DNA of 64,000 nucleotides from positions 9,116,001 through 9,180,000 of the forward strand of contig NC_087249.1 in NCBI RefSeq assembly GCF_037042905.1. The letters are read 5' to 3'. Made by a program: the position numbers and the translations under genes. Origin of the DNA: Lytechinus pictus. Lineage: Eukaryota. Shown piece after piece: positions 63,044 through 64,000 of the stretch. Each line of letters opens with the position of its first letter. The first letter of the stretch is position 1. The notes below the pieces were generated by a model. The model saw only the letters and a list, made by a program, of their open reading frames with translations, made no database searches and was not told the origin of the DNA.

Positions 63044-63826
63044 TAATGACAAAATTTTTTATGTAATATTTGTAATTTTTTGTACAATTTAACTGGGTAA
63101 TGAGCCCGGGATTAGAATGATATCTAAAGCATGTCATTCACTATCACAGCTACTCTTTTGTTTAGGCCTTTTAATAGCATAAACTAAAATGCATAGTTGT
63201 GAATACCTTTGATATGAGCTCATGAAGTAATTCCCTCACATTGAGAAAATTATCGTCACATCAATTATCTTGCATGTTGAGACTATTAACAAAACGATTA
63301 TATAATCTCAACTGGTTACATCAGAGAGAGATAACATACAAGACCAAAATAAATAAATAAATTTGACAGTATTGAAATCAGACTGTGGCCACTCCCACAC
63401 TATCATCAAATTTATTCACAGACAGCTCAGAAACAGCTGATTCTAGTCTCATCTCCAGCCTTTAGCAATAAGTGCTATATTAGGCAAAAGCAGAAGAGAT
63501 GGAGAAGGATCAAGCTGTTTATCACATCATGTTGATGAGAATATCAATCAAATCTGTTTCAACAAAATACCAACCAATTCCACTCTTTGTCTCTTAAATT
63601 ACAAGATCTGATTGCCATCACTTTATTTGAGCGTAAGAATGAGACAAAAGGGAGGGGGCATATTGCAAACAAAATCAAGTTTAAAAATTAGTTACAAATG
63701 AAAAAAAAAATGATTTGACAAAGTTGCTGTTAGACACCTCTAAATTACATCATTGGGCTTGTTGGGAATTTTAGAGGATAGAGTTGTTTTTTCAATACCG
63801 GTAGCTCCTCCTTCAGATCTATTTAA

Positions 63827-64000
63827 AGGGGAAGTTTACCCTGAAGAAAAGTTTGTTGTAAAAATAGCAGAAAAGTAATAAAAAAATTGTTATTATTATA
63901 AAAGTTATTAGAAATTTAAGTTTGGATTTGTGATGTCATAAACGAGCAGCTGCCCTGTATGTATAGTGTTATAAAATGCATGAATTTCAATTTTTTAATG
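63827..64000 (+). mobile_element. TTAA-type MITE, family D (runs off window end)
   Basis: TTAA|aggggaagtttaccctgaagaaaagtttgttgtaaaaatagcag. Confidence 0.85.

Overview
AT-rich, intron-rich animal (eukaryotic) DNA. The repeat style suggests an invertebrate deuterostome such as a sea urchin, but this is inference and is not proven. Two convergent spliced genes were reconstructed by hand, with GT-AG sites and consistent intron phases. (1) On the + strand, the last 13 coding exons (625-13181) of an ASH1L/Ash1 histone methyltransferase, covering the bromodomain, PHD finger, BAH domain and C-terminus; the SET domain must lie upstream of the window. (2) On the - strand, four coding exons (50284-26124) of a MARCH2/MARCH3-type RING-CH transmembrane E3 ligase with a long N-terminal extension; its start codon is unresolved. 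The rest is introns and probable long 3' UTRs packed with non-autonomous elements: TTAA/Kolobok(T2)-type MITEs, Harbinger-like MITEs, a Tc1/mariner-like element, tRNA-derived SINEs, CR1/L2-type LINE 3' ends, a Helentron/HINE-like element carrying a 154-bp tandem array, and microsatellites. Most ORF-track entries are spurious. No prokaryotic-type system (CRISPR, operon) and no clearly novel biological system is evident. The best leads are the canonical Asn in this ASH1L bromodomain, the inverted repeats bracketing the large MARCH exon, and the nested and modular transposon architecture. Repeat boundaries were read by eye and may be off by a few bases.
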